Source of the DNA: Octopus bimaculoides | Taxonomy: Eukaryota | Reading direction: 5' to 3' | Length of the DNA: 63,894 nucleotides | Assembly (NCBI RefSeq): GCF_001194135.2 | Contig: NC_068991.1 | Coordinates: 30,501,125 to 30,565,018 of the forward strand | In this document: piece by piece, positions 24,287-36,940 of the stretch | Numbering within the stretch: position 1 is the stretch's first letter | Layout: every line of letters starts with the position of its first letter | Translations under genes and position numbers: made by a program | Notes under the pieces: model-generated | The model's input: only the letters and a program-made list of their open reading frames with translations | Databases searched by the model: none | What the model was told of the DNA's origin: nothing

Positions 24287-24770
24287 AATATTGTAACGTC
24301 AATAGAGTAAGAGAGTATGGCAGTGTAAGATGTGTGTGCGCGCGCAAAGAATTGTAACAGTAGTGAATGGTAACTAGGGACTGCTTACGAAAAGAGGAAT
24401 ATCAAAGAATGACTGCCACAAAAATGGTAACTTGGGAATAATTGCAATAGCCAATGGTTACAGAATGGAGTAGTAACTGAGGAATATTTCCAACAGTAAA
24501 TGGAATAAGAATGGTTACACCAGTCAAAAATAAGAGGACAAACAATATCAGTGAATGGTAAGTAGAATAATCACTAAAGGGAATAGTTACTATAGAATGC
24601 CTGTAACTGGGAAAGGACTGTCGTGAGGAATGGTAACTGTGGAATATCTGCGATTGGCATTGATACCAAGATATACAACATTTGGTTGTCATTGCATCTT
24701 TATTTGGGACTCTTTGACTATGTTAAACTCTGTGCGCTGTAGCAGGAGTAGTAGTAGCAGCAGTAGTAGT

Positions 24771-24808
<38 letters not shown>

Positions 24809-25349
24809 TAGTATGTTAATAGGTGTGACGTCAACGGTAGATGATCGTTGGGGCTGTGTTATTGTGTTAGCGGTGGTGACGGAGGAGCAACTGATGATCA
24901 TACTACTACTATTACTGCTACAACTACAACTACTACTAGTGTTATGATGATGATGATGATGGTGTTGGTGGTAGTGGTGGTGGTACGTGGAATATGTTCC
25001 TTGATTTGATGTGCAGGTATTAGCATGCTAGTTTCACCGCCCTCGGCTCGTGTTTCCAGACAAAATATTATTCTAACATTCAACAACACACTAATAGAGT
25101 CGACGCTTACTGCTAACGCACACACTTCATTAACTTATCACTTGGAGACTTCTTCGCCATCAACACCACCAACACCAACAACACCACTATCACAACATCC
25201 ACCACTACAAGCATCATCATCAGCAGCAGCACAACCACCGCAACCACCGCAACCACCACAGCCGCTGTCACCATATATCACAACCATTACCACCACCACA
25301 ACCGCTCGCAACACCATGACAACCATTGCGACGATCACTACCACAATGC

Positions 25350-25388
<39 letters not shown>

Positions 25389-25405
25389 AAAGTGGTGGTG
25401 CTGGT

Positions 25406-25465
25406 GCTGGTGGTAGTGGTGCTGGTGGTAGTGGTGCTGGTGGTAGTGGTGCTGGTGGTAGTGGT
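25406..25465. repeat. 15-bp minisatellite (GCTGGTGGTAGTGGT) x4
   Basis: Four perfect units followed by a degenerate fifth. Confidence 0.92.
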
Positions 25466-26396
25466 GTTGGTGGTGGAGAGATTTAGCCGGGTAACATTAA
25501 CGGGGATACTGTACTTTTTGAATGCTTCCAACTTATTGAACACGGAATTTCACTAGTCGGTGTGTGTACGTGTGCGTGCATATGTGTGTGTGTGTCTGCG
25601 CACGCGTGTATGTGTTCACATGTGTGTGTAAGTGTGCGTACACGCATGTGTGCGTGTGTATGTATGTGTGCGCGTCTGAGTGTGTGTGTGTGTGTCTTTC
25701 ACTCTGTTGTTACTTGGAGTTTCCTCAAATCAGAATTAGATTATATAAACATAGTCATACGTACATACATATATACGTGTGTACATAGGTACACATATAT
25801 AGACACATTGATACATACATTCAAATATACACATATGTATACAAACATATATACATAAATACACATCTATACAGACACACACATCCACACAAATACATAA
25901 ACACCTTATGATGTTTGCGCGCACATCGTTACGCGATATCATAATAGAGATGACATGCATGTAACGTACCATGTAACTTGTATGTAACATGTAACATATA
26001 GCATCTCGCATATAACATATAGCATGTTATATATAGAGTATAGCTAGTTACATGTAACAAGATGTAAATAAATGATGTAACACGCTAAACATTAACATGG
26101 TAGATAACTTGTAGTGTATTACAGGTGACATGCAACATGTTTACTAAAACATGTAAATGTTATATACAATATATAACATATTAAGCTTAATATGCAATAC
26201 GCGACCTGTTGTAGAGGCTTCAATTTCAACAATGATTTTATTTGTTTATTTATTCACTTATATATTTATTATATTAATGGTGGAATCAATAGAGCATCAG
26301 ATAAATTGTATTCCGCCCTGAATTCAATACTAGCCATGGGCATCTTTTCTTTTCATTTCCAGAATCGATAAAATATTTTAGCTTATTTACTCGACA

Positions 26397-26568
26397 AGGC
26401 ACATGAATGGCTGTGTTTAAGAAGACAGCTCAAAAAACAAGTGCTTTCGGTTTCAGTTCCACCGTAGGGAACTTTGGGCAAATATCTTCTACTATAGTCC
26501 CGTGGATTTGTTAGATGGAAACTGTGTGGACGGCTATCTTGTATATCTACATATAGTTGTGTGTGTGA

Positions 26569-26599
<31 letters not shown>

Positions 26600-26755
26600 T
26601 GTATTAGCGTCTGTATTTATCTCAGAACCACCTGCCAACTCGAGCTGGGGTTTTTTATGACCACCGTTATTTAGAGTTTCGGCTAAATTGACTGACAGAA
26701 TAAGTATCACGATTTAAAGAAAAATAAATACTGGGTTTGATTTGCTTGACTGAAC
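26397..26755 (+). mobile_element. SINE family B, old copy with internal (GT)n
   Basis: Head aggcacatgaatggctgtg..ggtttcagttcc..ctttgggcaaatatcttctactatag; (GT)n 26558-26602; 3' body to ctgggtttgatttgcttgact. Confidence 0.75.
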
Positions 26756-27455
26756 GAAATAAGCGATAAAAAATTTCCCACATCCCTAGCATACATGACA
26801 CTCACTACGTCTAAAAGCGTCTTCTGTCAGCTGGTTATTTCAAAAGGGGTTGTGCGGTGGACGTGGCTGAGAGATCTGAGGACAAGCACTAGTATTTTCA
26901 GCCCTCATCAATTCTCTCTCCAAGTTCCGTTGGAGAGATAGGTGCGAGTAGAGAGAGACAGAGAAAGAGTGAGCGAGAGAGAGACAGAGAGAGACAGAGA
27001 GAGAAGGGGAGCACTACCTACCTAAAAATTTGTTGGTAATGAGTGAGAATGGCGAGCAACGACCGCTTTCATTATGACTCTACAGGCTGGGGTGTGAAAG
27101 CTAGGACCCGACACTTGCCTTGGTAGCCAAGGTAATCAATCCTAGCAAAAATGGTTAGGGTGTACTTCTCTACGCTAACCATGCACCCTAACAGTTGAGT
27201 GAGGCCTAGCGATTTTGGCGGTCAAGGTAAACCTGGATGTGTGAAATTCCTTAATTGGCCCTAGTTGAAGTTTCTCCACTACCAAGAGGACTGCACCAGT
27301 CGTTTTCACACATACACTGTATACCACGTATACTCTTATCGCTTTTCACTGTCCTTTTCGTTTCATTCTCATCTTTTATGTAACCCCGCCACAAGCATTG
27401 TTGATATTCCTTCTCATGTCCTCCTCATCTCTGCACCTGCGTCTAATAAAAGTAG

Positions 27456-27463
27456 TTCTTCTT

Positions 27464-27541
<78 letters not shown>
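27456..27541. repeat. Compound (TTC)n(TTA)n microsatellite
   Basis: Direct reading. Confidence 0.95.
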
Positions 27542-27708
27542 GAAGCCATACCAGATAAATTACTTAGAAGAGTTTCTTCCGTCTCTTTACGTTTTAAGCT
27601 TAAATTCCGGGGATCGATAAAAAAAGAATCAGTCAAGAACTATTGTCGATATAATTAACTTATTCTACACCCCAAAACCTGTTGTCTTTATGCCACAATT
27701 TGAAACTA

Positions 27709-27775
<67 letters not shown>

Positions 27776-28114
27776 GGCGGTGAGTTGGCAGAAACGTTAG
27801 CACGCCGGACGAAATGCTTTGCGATATTTCGTCTGTCATTACGTTCTGAGTACAAATTCCGCCGAGGTCGACTTTGCCTTTCATACTTCGGGGTCGATAA
27901 ATTAAGTACCAGTTACGTACTGGGGTCGATCTAATCGACTGGCCCCCTCCCCAAATTTCAGGCCTTGTGCCTATAGTAAAAAGGATTATTATTATTTCCG
28001 CCGAGTTCGACTTTGCCTTTCATTCTTTCGGGGTCGATAACATACGTACCAGTTATACACTGGGGTCGATATAATCGACTAGCTCTCTCCCACAAAATTT
28101 CAGGCCTAGAAAGG
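27541..28114 (+). mobile_element. Head-to-tail array of three family A SINEs separated by (ATT)n
   Basis: Degraded, internally deleted copy ~27541-27708; (ATT)n; full copy 27774-27984; 5'-truncated copy 27997-28114; then an ATT/GTT tail. Confidence 0.8.
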
Positions 28115-28585
28115 ATTATTATTGTCATTATTCTTATTGTTGTTGTTGTTGTTGTCGTCGTTGTTGTTGTTGTTGTTGTTGTCGTTGTTGCTGGTGTAGT
28201 TATTCAACTAAAAATATTGCTAATTAACATCTTATGGCAAGAACAAGCTTATATCACTTGTTTAAGTCACACTTTGGCAGTGCACCGTGTGTTTTGATAA
28301 TGATTATAAAACCAGCTGTATGCCTAAATGATCAGATGTGTGTGTGTGTCTGTGTGTGCGTACGTGCAGGCGCGTGTGTGTGTTATATTAGCGTATGTAC
28401 ACTTGTAAGTGTATAGATACGCACGCACACATACAATTGTATATACATGTACATAAATGTACACGTGTAAATATATATATATATACATTGTTGAGGCTAA
28501 TGTCATTGTTGTTGTTTGGGATTACTGTAACATTCTTAAATCTTTTGTCGATATACGTAGTACTTACACATATATTCAAATGTGA

Positions 28586-28630
<45 letters not shown>

Positions 28631-28637
28631 GATGTAC

Positions 28638-28696
<59 letters not shown>

Positions 28697-31364
28697 CACA
28701 CACATATCAATGTTGTATGAGTGTATGCATGTATGTATGTATGTATGTATGTATGTATGTATGTACAAGGTAGTCCTACTCATTGCTATATAAAGAAGTG
28801 GAGAAATAGTAACTAGGCTATCAACTCGGAACCTCGTCAATGACATAATGGTCACTGAACTCATTATTGTGTACGGAATGTATGCAGCTACATTTCTGCT
28901 GATATTATTATGCCCCATATTCAACTATTTACATATACATACATACATGTATGTATGTATGTATGTATGTATGTATGTATGTATGTATGTATGTATGTAT
29001 GAAAGAAAGAGACAGAACTGTGTGTTCTTGTATAGTGGCGATTGGGAAAAGTAATCATTTTATGTTGACAAACAGGGAGATAGAGAGATACATATGTTAT
29101 TGAACTAATTCAAATTTACTCTGAAAATGATTAAATATACAAGTGTAAAAATCATACTCTGATGCATTGTTTGTTTACATCATTATATTCGTCATATATT
29201 TTATGATAATTAAATATTTTGTTTTAAATGTTGCATAGTTTTTTAGATAAAACAATGTGATACACCTTTTATATATATTTATGCATACATATAACATTGT
29301 ATATTCTTGTAAAAGTTCCATATTTTAAATTGCAAATTATGTTTTAAACGTTTTATATCTTACAAATAGGAAACGTGTTAGAAATGTTTTGTATTCTTAA
29401 ATATTTGTATGTTTGTTATAGTTTTATAGGCGTTTTACAGATACAGAATATACTTTATGCTTTATAAGTGTACTCTGTTTTCTTGATATAAACTATTTTT
29501 AACGTTATGAAAATTAAACATATTTTATGTGTTAACTGTTATATATTTTAAAAATAGAAAACGGTTTCATGTTTAATACTTATTAAAGTGTTATTTTAGC
29601 ATTATTTTATCTTATAACCTTTAAAATTACTTTCTAATTCCAAAAGTTTTAACAGCAAATGCCATTGAGAATCCCTCTATGTAATAAAGGGTGCGTAAAC
29701 ATTTTAGTCTCGGGGTAGCATGTATAAGAAGCTGTGAAGTCAGGGTATATGTGATGAGAAAAATATTGTTTTAATTGATAAATTCATCGGTGTGCAGATG
29801 AAGACAGAATCCAACTGTAATTACTATGTTATAGTGTATCAATTGAGCCAGTCATTAAAATAGCTTATAGACAGAAACACCAAGATGCTTCCAAGTATAG
29901 CTAGTAGTAAACAGAAGTCGAACCTCTCTGGTAAATATGAACTTTTTTGCAAACTTGATAGCTCCTGGCTAAAATGAAAGTGTTGCGTTAATTTTACTTA
30001 ATTAACACAACATGAATAATAAATAATAATTTATTTTGTAACTATATATGGAATGACAGCTTGCACAGTTTGGCTGAACGGGACATATTTCTACAACATA
30101 TTCAAACAGATATATCCATTACATAATAGTGAACATTTCCATTTTTTTTCTGTTAAATTAATATAAATACATATATTGTAATATATTTGATTATGTTAAA
30201 CCATGTAATAGTTTTCTTTGATGTGTACCCCAGTAAGAACCAACATTTGTAACTAAATATTTTTAACTGTTTTGCTTCAGTAGGCTTCCCAACTCTGGTC
30301 ACTGCCCTGATAGTTTAGTGGTTACTGACCCCAAATTCAAAATTACATTTTTGATTATGTAAATTCTTTTCATATATACATGAAGCGTTTGACCATGTAC
30401 CCTTGCTTCGCCTGAAAACAGCACCATAATGGTAAAATCGACCAACATCGAAATCCTTCAAAATTAAATTCTAAGTTAGTGAATATCCTATTGTTTACAA
30501 AGTGAATACATTATATTACCATTTTCATCAAATTCTTATGCGCATTACACCTAAATTTTATTGGTGAATAAGAAAGAGACACACAATTAAGGGTTTAGAA
30601 TCTAGTTAACAGTTCAGCAAGTTTACCTTGATTAAAGCAAAATGGTCTTTTTGAAATGTTACTTAAGATGGTGCATCGTCCATAGCCACACTGCTATGTT
30701 TTCACAGGGTGAAATGAGACCGTTTATTATTCCCTTGCTACCTTGTGTACACACAAAAGTTCTAACAGTTCTTTGCATTCCTTATATTCCATCAAATAAC
30801 GATGTCGTCATTACATGTAGACGATCTGACTGAAAGTCATTCACTCCACAGCGTTCCGGTTTCATTCCAGAATAAACGACAACATTCATGTCCAAACAAT
30901 CATTCAACTTCCTCTTTAGGTCACATCATTTCTAACATTGTTTAAAATAAGACCACAAGAATTCTATAAATAATTTCTAAATAATCATCTGGTCAACCTT
31001 TAGAGTAATGATTCAGTAGTTTCTCTGCTCAAACTTACACATGAATTCTATGATGGATCTTTGTGCAATGTAGGAAGTTAAGCAGAATGTAGAAAATAAA
31101 TGGTAAATGATATATTGACTCGAGAAAGATAAAAAGGAGACGCAAAATGTGGAGGGATTCGAACTTAAAATATTTTGTGCCGCTATATCGTGTCTGATCG
31201 TTGCACATAACAATATTTAGGGCCAATGTCTTCAACAGGTCTCACCGAAGCTCAGTAAGCAAAATTGGTTAGCCTATTTTTGAATGTGTGTGTATATGGA
31301 CAGATGTATGTATGTATGTATGTATGTATGTATGTATGTATGTATGTATGATATGGTATGTATG

Positions 31365-31396
<32 letters not shown>

Positions 31397-31994
31397 CAAT
31401 GTTTTTGTGCATATGTAACTTCATCCTTGTCTAAGTTTAGCGGTGTAAAACGGTGTTATGCCCATTTGTATCAAATAGATGACTAAACAATCTGATAAAT
31501 AAAATTCACTATTATGTGTACAAGATTGAAATATGTTGTTAATCGATGTGATCAATAAAAAACCATGGGATGTAGTCTTGCTCCAGCTTGACCACGATGA
31601 AATTAATGAATTCAGTTAAGGAATAAAGAAAGTCAAGTAATAATTACAAAAGACAGCCAGTCAGTGAAAAGATTTACTAGAGAGGTTTATGATTGGTGGA
31701 TATTTAGACCAGCCTTTTCGTGTTGACTTTAAACCGCATGACTATTTCGCCATTGTTTCCTCACAATCCAGCAGCGATAAAAGCCTGAGATTTAGACCAG
31801 CCTCCTGTGTAGCGAACAGACGTTCCCAGAGGAGCACCATTGAATAAGAGCAATCTAGCAGGGATAAACTCACAGACGTGTAAGGGAGTAGAGCGAGGTT
31901 TTGTTGCTTAGAATACACCAGCAGTATTAATAAGTGGTTATTTGTGTGTGTGTGTGTGTGCTTACATATATACAAACACACAAATGTGTATGTG

Positions 31995-32109
<115 letters not shown>

Positions 32110-32316
32110 ATATATGAGTGTATGTGTGTGTGTACACATATGCTCTTAGTAAAAATGCAATACAACATGCTGTGGTATAATGATTTTCATTTCCTCTCAT
32201 CCCCTTTCTCTATATGTATTTCTCCCTCACTTCTATCCATCTCTATATCTCACACTCTCTCATCGCCTTTAATCCATCTATCTAGATTCTATCTATCTAC
32301 ATATTTTTCCATTTAC

Positions 32317-32380
<64 letters not shown>

Positions 32381-32762
32381 CTAACTACCATTCCTCTTAA
32401 AACAATGTTATTTAATGAATAAACTGGCAAAGCGATAATTAAAATACATCTCTGTATGTATATATATTCATAGAAGAATAGTGCGTACAATGAAGACATG
32501 TTGAACGCTTATACAATACAGAAAACAAAATATTCTCTCACTGATACGACACTCAGAGAATTGCAACTTTAACTAATTCTTCCACAGGGATAATCATTCA
32601 GTTGAATTTAAGTGAAATGAATTGATGTTCCATCACTTGGGGACTTAACCAATTTGTGAATTTATAAGTAGTCCTAAGTAAAATTTATTTATTTTCAACA
32701 ATGCGCTATTAATGCTTTGTTTTGTCTTGTTTTCCCCTGAAAGTTACTGTGGTAAATGCGTG

Positions 32763-32985
32763 GGCTGTTGAGTGATAGAATCGGAAGTAAAACGCCCGAT
32801 TCAAATGTAGAATTTATTGAGTTAGATTCTTTACATTCTGATTTCAAATGGCGCCGAGGTTGGTTTTGCCTTTCATCATCGTGGAGGTCGATAAGATAAA
32901 AGAGCGGTCAAGTACAGAGGTTCATATTTAATCGACGCTACCCCTCCCATGAAATTTTTAGCTTTGTGGCTCTACAAGAAATCAT
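32763..32985 (+). mobile_element. SINE family A, diverged
   Basis: ttacattctgatttcaaatggcgccgaggttggttttgcctttcatc...ggtcgataa...cccctccc...gctttgtgg..agaaatcattatt. Confidence 0.7.
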
Positions 32986-33351
32986 TATTACCCTAACAAA
33001 TATTTAAACTCTAAAGAGATCAGCTAACATTTTAATTTGCCCCAGCCTCACCCGTCTCCGTTTACATTAACCTCTCATCAACACTATCAACAAACCCAAT
33101 TTGGTACCTGCAATAAATGTCACTGGCTTGCCATACCCATTACGTAGGAAAGTTGGAGATAGAAACCCAGCAAGTAAATCTAGAACACGTTGAAAATGAT
33201 ATCCTTGGTAAACTACGATGGATTCAACAGTCAGACATCAACAATAGGAAAAACTCAACAATGACAACCAAAGAAACAAACAAAATAAAAACAATATAAT
33301 TGTTTCCTTCGTGACGGAATCACTTTGAATCGAATTATACGGGATGAAGGA

Positions 33352-33398
<47 letters not shown>

Positions 33399-33898
33399 GA
33401 GAAAGAGCATGTGTGTGTGTATTATTTCTTTATTATTTATTTTGTGCTTCATAAAATATTAAAGTACTCAATACACTGCTCTATGTTATAAATGACTACA
33501 GTATGATTATATGGTAATCATATGAAGTAAACAAGATTATTAGCTGGTGGGTGTAATACTGTGCGAAAGGGCCAATAAGAGAGAAACCCTGGTTCGGATT
33601 GCACACGCACAGACACACACAAGTGCNNNNNNNNNNNNNNNNNNNNNNNNNNNNNNNNNNNNNNNNNNNNNNNNNNNNNNNNNNNNNNNNNNNNNNNNNN
33701 NNNNNNNNNNNNNNNNNNNNNNNNNNNNNNNNNNNNNNNNNNNNNATATGTAATATATGTTTACAGTTTTACACATATATGCATTATATCTTACCGCCGT
33801 AATTCGGTCATGTTTGATTCGTCTTCATCTATTTTGATACTGAAATTCTTAAATCGAAGAAGATATTTTTCTACGACAAATATGCCATTCACCGAGGA

Positions 33899-33934
<36 letters not shown>

Positions 33935-33959
33935 ACTCATTGATGCGAAAAGGATAAGA

Positions 33960-34300
33960 AAACAAATGCTTCAAGAGGGTAAAGAAAATATGTTCAGTCT
34001 ACTAGAAGTATATTTCGTATACAACACTTTTACAATTCCTCCTTTGCAGACATACATTTGGCCCTATGAATTAGTCGCTACAAAAACTTAACAAGATGGA
34101 TGGAATGACTCGTAAACTATTGAAAATTTCTACACCAACAGGGATGTAGACACGGTGTAAAACCTGTATTAACATTGTAACATACCCAGTAGAGAAAATA
34201 ACTCAGCGACAATTACGTTCAAGGTTACAAATACGAAATTAAAGAGACCATTAAGATAACTAAAGACATTATTAGGATAGTTAATTAGGATAGCGAATAA
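33960..34300 (+). pseudogene. Non-LTR retrotransposon RT C-terminal fragment, RLE type (R4/Dong-like)
   Basis: Frameshifted translation CFKRVKKICS..YNTFTIPPL..TFGPMN*SLQKLNKMDGMTRKLL..NFYTNRDVDTV resembles the recalled R4/Dong motif (N.FA.P...FG...W...EL..LD..TRK.L....H..SDVDRLY). Clade assignment is from memory. Confidence 0.6.
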
Positions 34301-36379
34301 CCTTGAGTAGATACATGAAATATAAGCTGACATATATCTCTCTCCAAAGGATATTGGAAAATCCTAGTTAAAACAGCAATATAAGAAGGTTGAACATGGA
34401 TGCTTAACAAGAAAACCCGCTGGCCTCGAAGGTAATAAACCATACTAATAACCTTGTATAAAACGCCAACTAGTTTACAACAGTTGGTCTTGAATTTATT
34501 TCTATGTTTCCCAGGAAGAAAAAATCTCCATCAGATAGTTTCTGTACAAAAGACAGAATTCATCAGCGAACAATATAGAAATATATATATATNNNNNNNN
34601 NNNNNNNNNNNNNNNTATATATAGGGATAAAGAAAACCAAAACTGAAGGCATTAACTATATAACTTCCAAATATGAAAGACTATTCTTCAGATGCTACTC
34701 CCCCACAAGAAATGATGTAGTAGCCAGAGATAGTTACAATAGAATAAAGCTGATCAAACTAATGATGACCATAACAACCGCTAAATCCTCACAATATTGG
34801 TGGTACCTAAGAATGAAAACAGCAAACCAATTAAAATAAAATCGACTTGGCATTATCTGAGACTGCAAAATGAAATAATGTTCTGTTGTCAGATGTCTAC
34901 TTGACATCAATGTGACGAGAAAAAAGAGGAGGAAGAATATGCAAACTCCTAACCCAAAAGTTACTTTCAGAGATGAAAACACACACACACACACATACAC
35001 ATACACACACGCACATGCGCATACATACATACATACATACATACAAATAGATTTTCCTATTAGAAAGACGCTAGGCAACAATCCAAGGAGAATCTGTGAA
35101 AAGTGTCTCAACTATTACTTCTGTGTCTGTTAGATGCTACTGTTCAGACGATAGCCTTCTTCCATCAAAGGCCTTGTCAATGTCGTTGTCGACCTCCCTA
35201 CTTCTGTTGCCACCATCATCGCCGCCATTTTTGTCTCTAATATTCTGTCGTTTGCGTCTTTTAAATTCATGACGTCGGATTTCTCTTGTCATCTGTACTG
35301 AGCTCTCGGTATTTATAGTTATTGTTTTTGTTGTTGTTGTTGTTGTAATACAGGTAAGTGGTTAGTCGTGGGTTTATTATGCCCGAGCTCTTACCGTATC
35401 ATTCCATCAATGTCATGCTGAGAAGCTGACGGCCACAAAAGCCTCCATCTAAATGACCACCTTTTAGATGAGAAAGGTGTCCCCTTAAGATTTAATTAGA
35501 GTTCCGTAGACAGGTAGTGTATAACAACAACAACAGTGTTAGTAACAATAACTAACTTATCTGCAATATAAATAACAACCAAACATCAACTAGTTTGTTA
35601 AATATATTAAATGACAAAATGATAGCGACTTGAAGCGCCTTTGATCGTCGGTATGTTTAATCAAGGCTGACCAGGGGTTAAACAGCAACAACAACTATAT
35701 ATAACAACTATTTAGAAATACAACGAGGAGGCGGAAGAGGACGAGGAGTAGTTGTAGGAGGATAACGACTACTCCGATTACAAAGAAACAATAACACGCG
35801 CGCGTGTACGCTCACGCGCGCACGCAGTCACATCAAAAGTAGAAATTAACCATTCAAAATGTTAACATATTTATAATAAAACCCAAAAACTAATATGAGT
35901 GATCATCAAGAGAACGAATCACCCTCTCTCTCTCTCTCCGAGTATTTGTCTTCCATATTTATAGCAACCAGTGTTACATATGCAATAAATATTGGGGTAA
36001 CAAAATACATTGAACGAACTGACCGACTATCACGCATGCGCATGAATAATTTATTCAATATAATCTTTATTCGAGTCTCTCCTCCCTCTATCTCTCCGTG
36101 TGTGTGTGTGTGCGCACGCATGTGTGTGGAGTGTGTTTGTGCGTCTTTGTATTTATGCACTCTGTCTATTCTGCTTACACTATATACACCGTGTTGTGTT
36201 ACTCTCTACAATATCAACCAACGCAAGAGATATCACAGAAAATCGTTAATGCCACTGAGCGGTTGGTGGGTTTGCTAGTTGGATGTCGTATTGACTGTCT
36301 GATTGCCTGCCTGACTGCATGGCTTTGTTGGCTGAGTGATTGACTGATGCATACACTGACACACGCACACAGATACATA

Positions 36380-36420
<41 letters not shown>

Positions 36421-36469
36421 GCAAACACAATTACACATTATGTGAAGCGATATGAAGGCGTGGCCATTA

Positions 36470-36940
36470 TTTAGCTGTTAGAGGCTGAGAGACGAACCAA
36501 TAATACCAGCATTGGGGACCAACCAACTAGGAAACCTCAACGTAGTGAATTTCTTTACTAGAAATAACAGCTAAATCTCTTTCAAATCATGTTCCCGTGA
36601 ATAATATAGTCCCACATACACTTTGTCTATAAGAAGTAGGGATTGTCACGTCTAGAAGACCTTTGTCCATAGGTTTCATCCATAAATAGTGGGTTTTCAT
36701 CTATTAATAGTGGGTTGCCGGAGATTCTTCTGCGATTTTAACCCCCTTTTTTTTTTCAAGATATATTTCCGAATTCAAACTGCACTGGGATCAACTGTGC
36801 TTTTCATTCTTCCGAGATCGATACAATAAAGTAGCAGTCACAAAACTGGGGTAGATTTATTTACCTATAAAACATCCTGGATATGATTAGAATTATAATA
36901 GAAGATCACGGCTGATCTGGGGCTAAAGAACAATAACAAC
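36470..36940 (+). mobile_element. SINE-like family F (AAC tail), interrupted by a ~215 bp insertion
   Basis: ctagaaataacagctaaatc..ataatatagtccc..gggattgtcacg..cctttgtccatagg (to ~36685), resuming gatcacggctgatctggggctaaagaacaataacaac (36903-36940). Related pieces at 8236-8340, 12340-12540, 23440-23500 and 35625-35695. Confidence 0.6.
36772..36870 (+). mobile_element. SINE family A fragment, old
   Basis: gaattcaaactgcactgggatcaactgtgcttttcattcttccgagatcgata..aaagtagcagt..actggggtagat. Confidence 0.55.

Noticed and set aside
27151-27192. Alternative (bistable) hairpins around TGGTTAGGGTGTA
   Set aside because: Short imperfect stems in a single copy; no evidence of function.
27541-28114. Repeat-spacer-repeat pattern resembling a CRISPR-like array
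   Set aside because: The units are ~200 bp SINEs with ATT tails in eukaryotic DNA; there are no unique spacers.
29060-29650. Possible mitochondrial insertion (very AT-rich)
   Set aside because: No recognisable mitochondrial gene or tRNA translation or structure.
30278-30340. CAGTAGGCTTCCCAAC, hAT-like left end (also CAGTGGTTTCC at ~1308)
   Set aside because: No matching right TIR or TSD found.
31876-31908. 33-nt phase 2-2 minus-strand exon candidate (NKTSLYSLTR, CT|GTGAGT)
   Set aside because: Weak acceptor and non-consensus exon end; such matches are expected by chance in a 27 kb intron.
34515-34580. Minus-strand CTGATGA-ATTCTGTCTTTTGTACA-GAAAC next to (TA)n, a possible further hammerhead
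   Set aside because: No 10.1-11.1 pair, no stem III/NUH and no stem I; at best a badly decayed relic.
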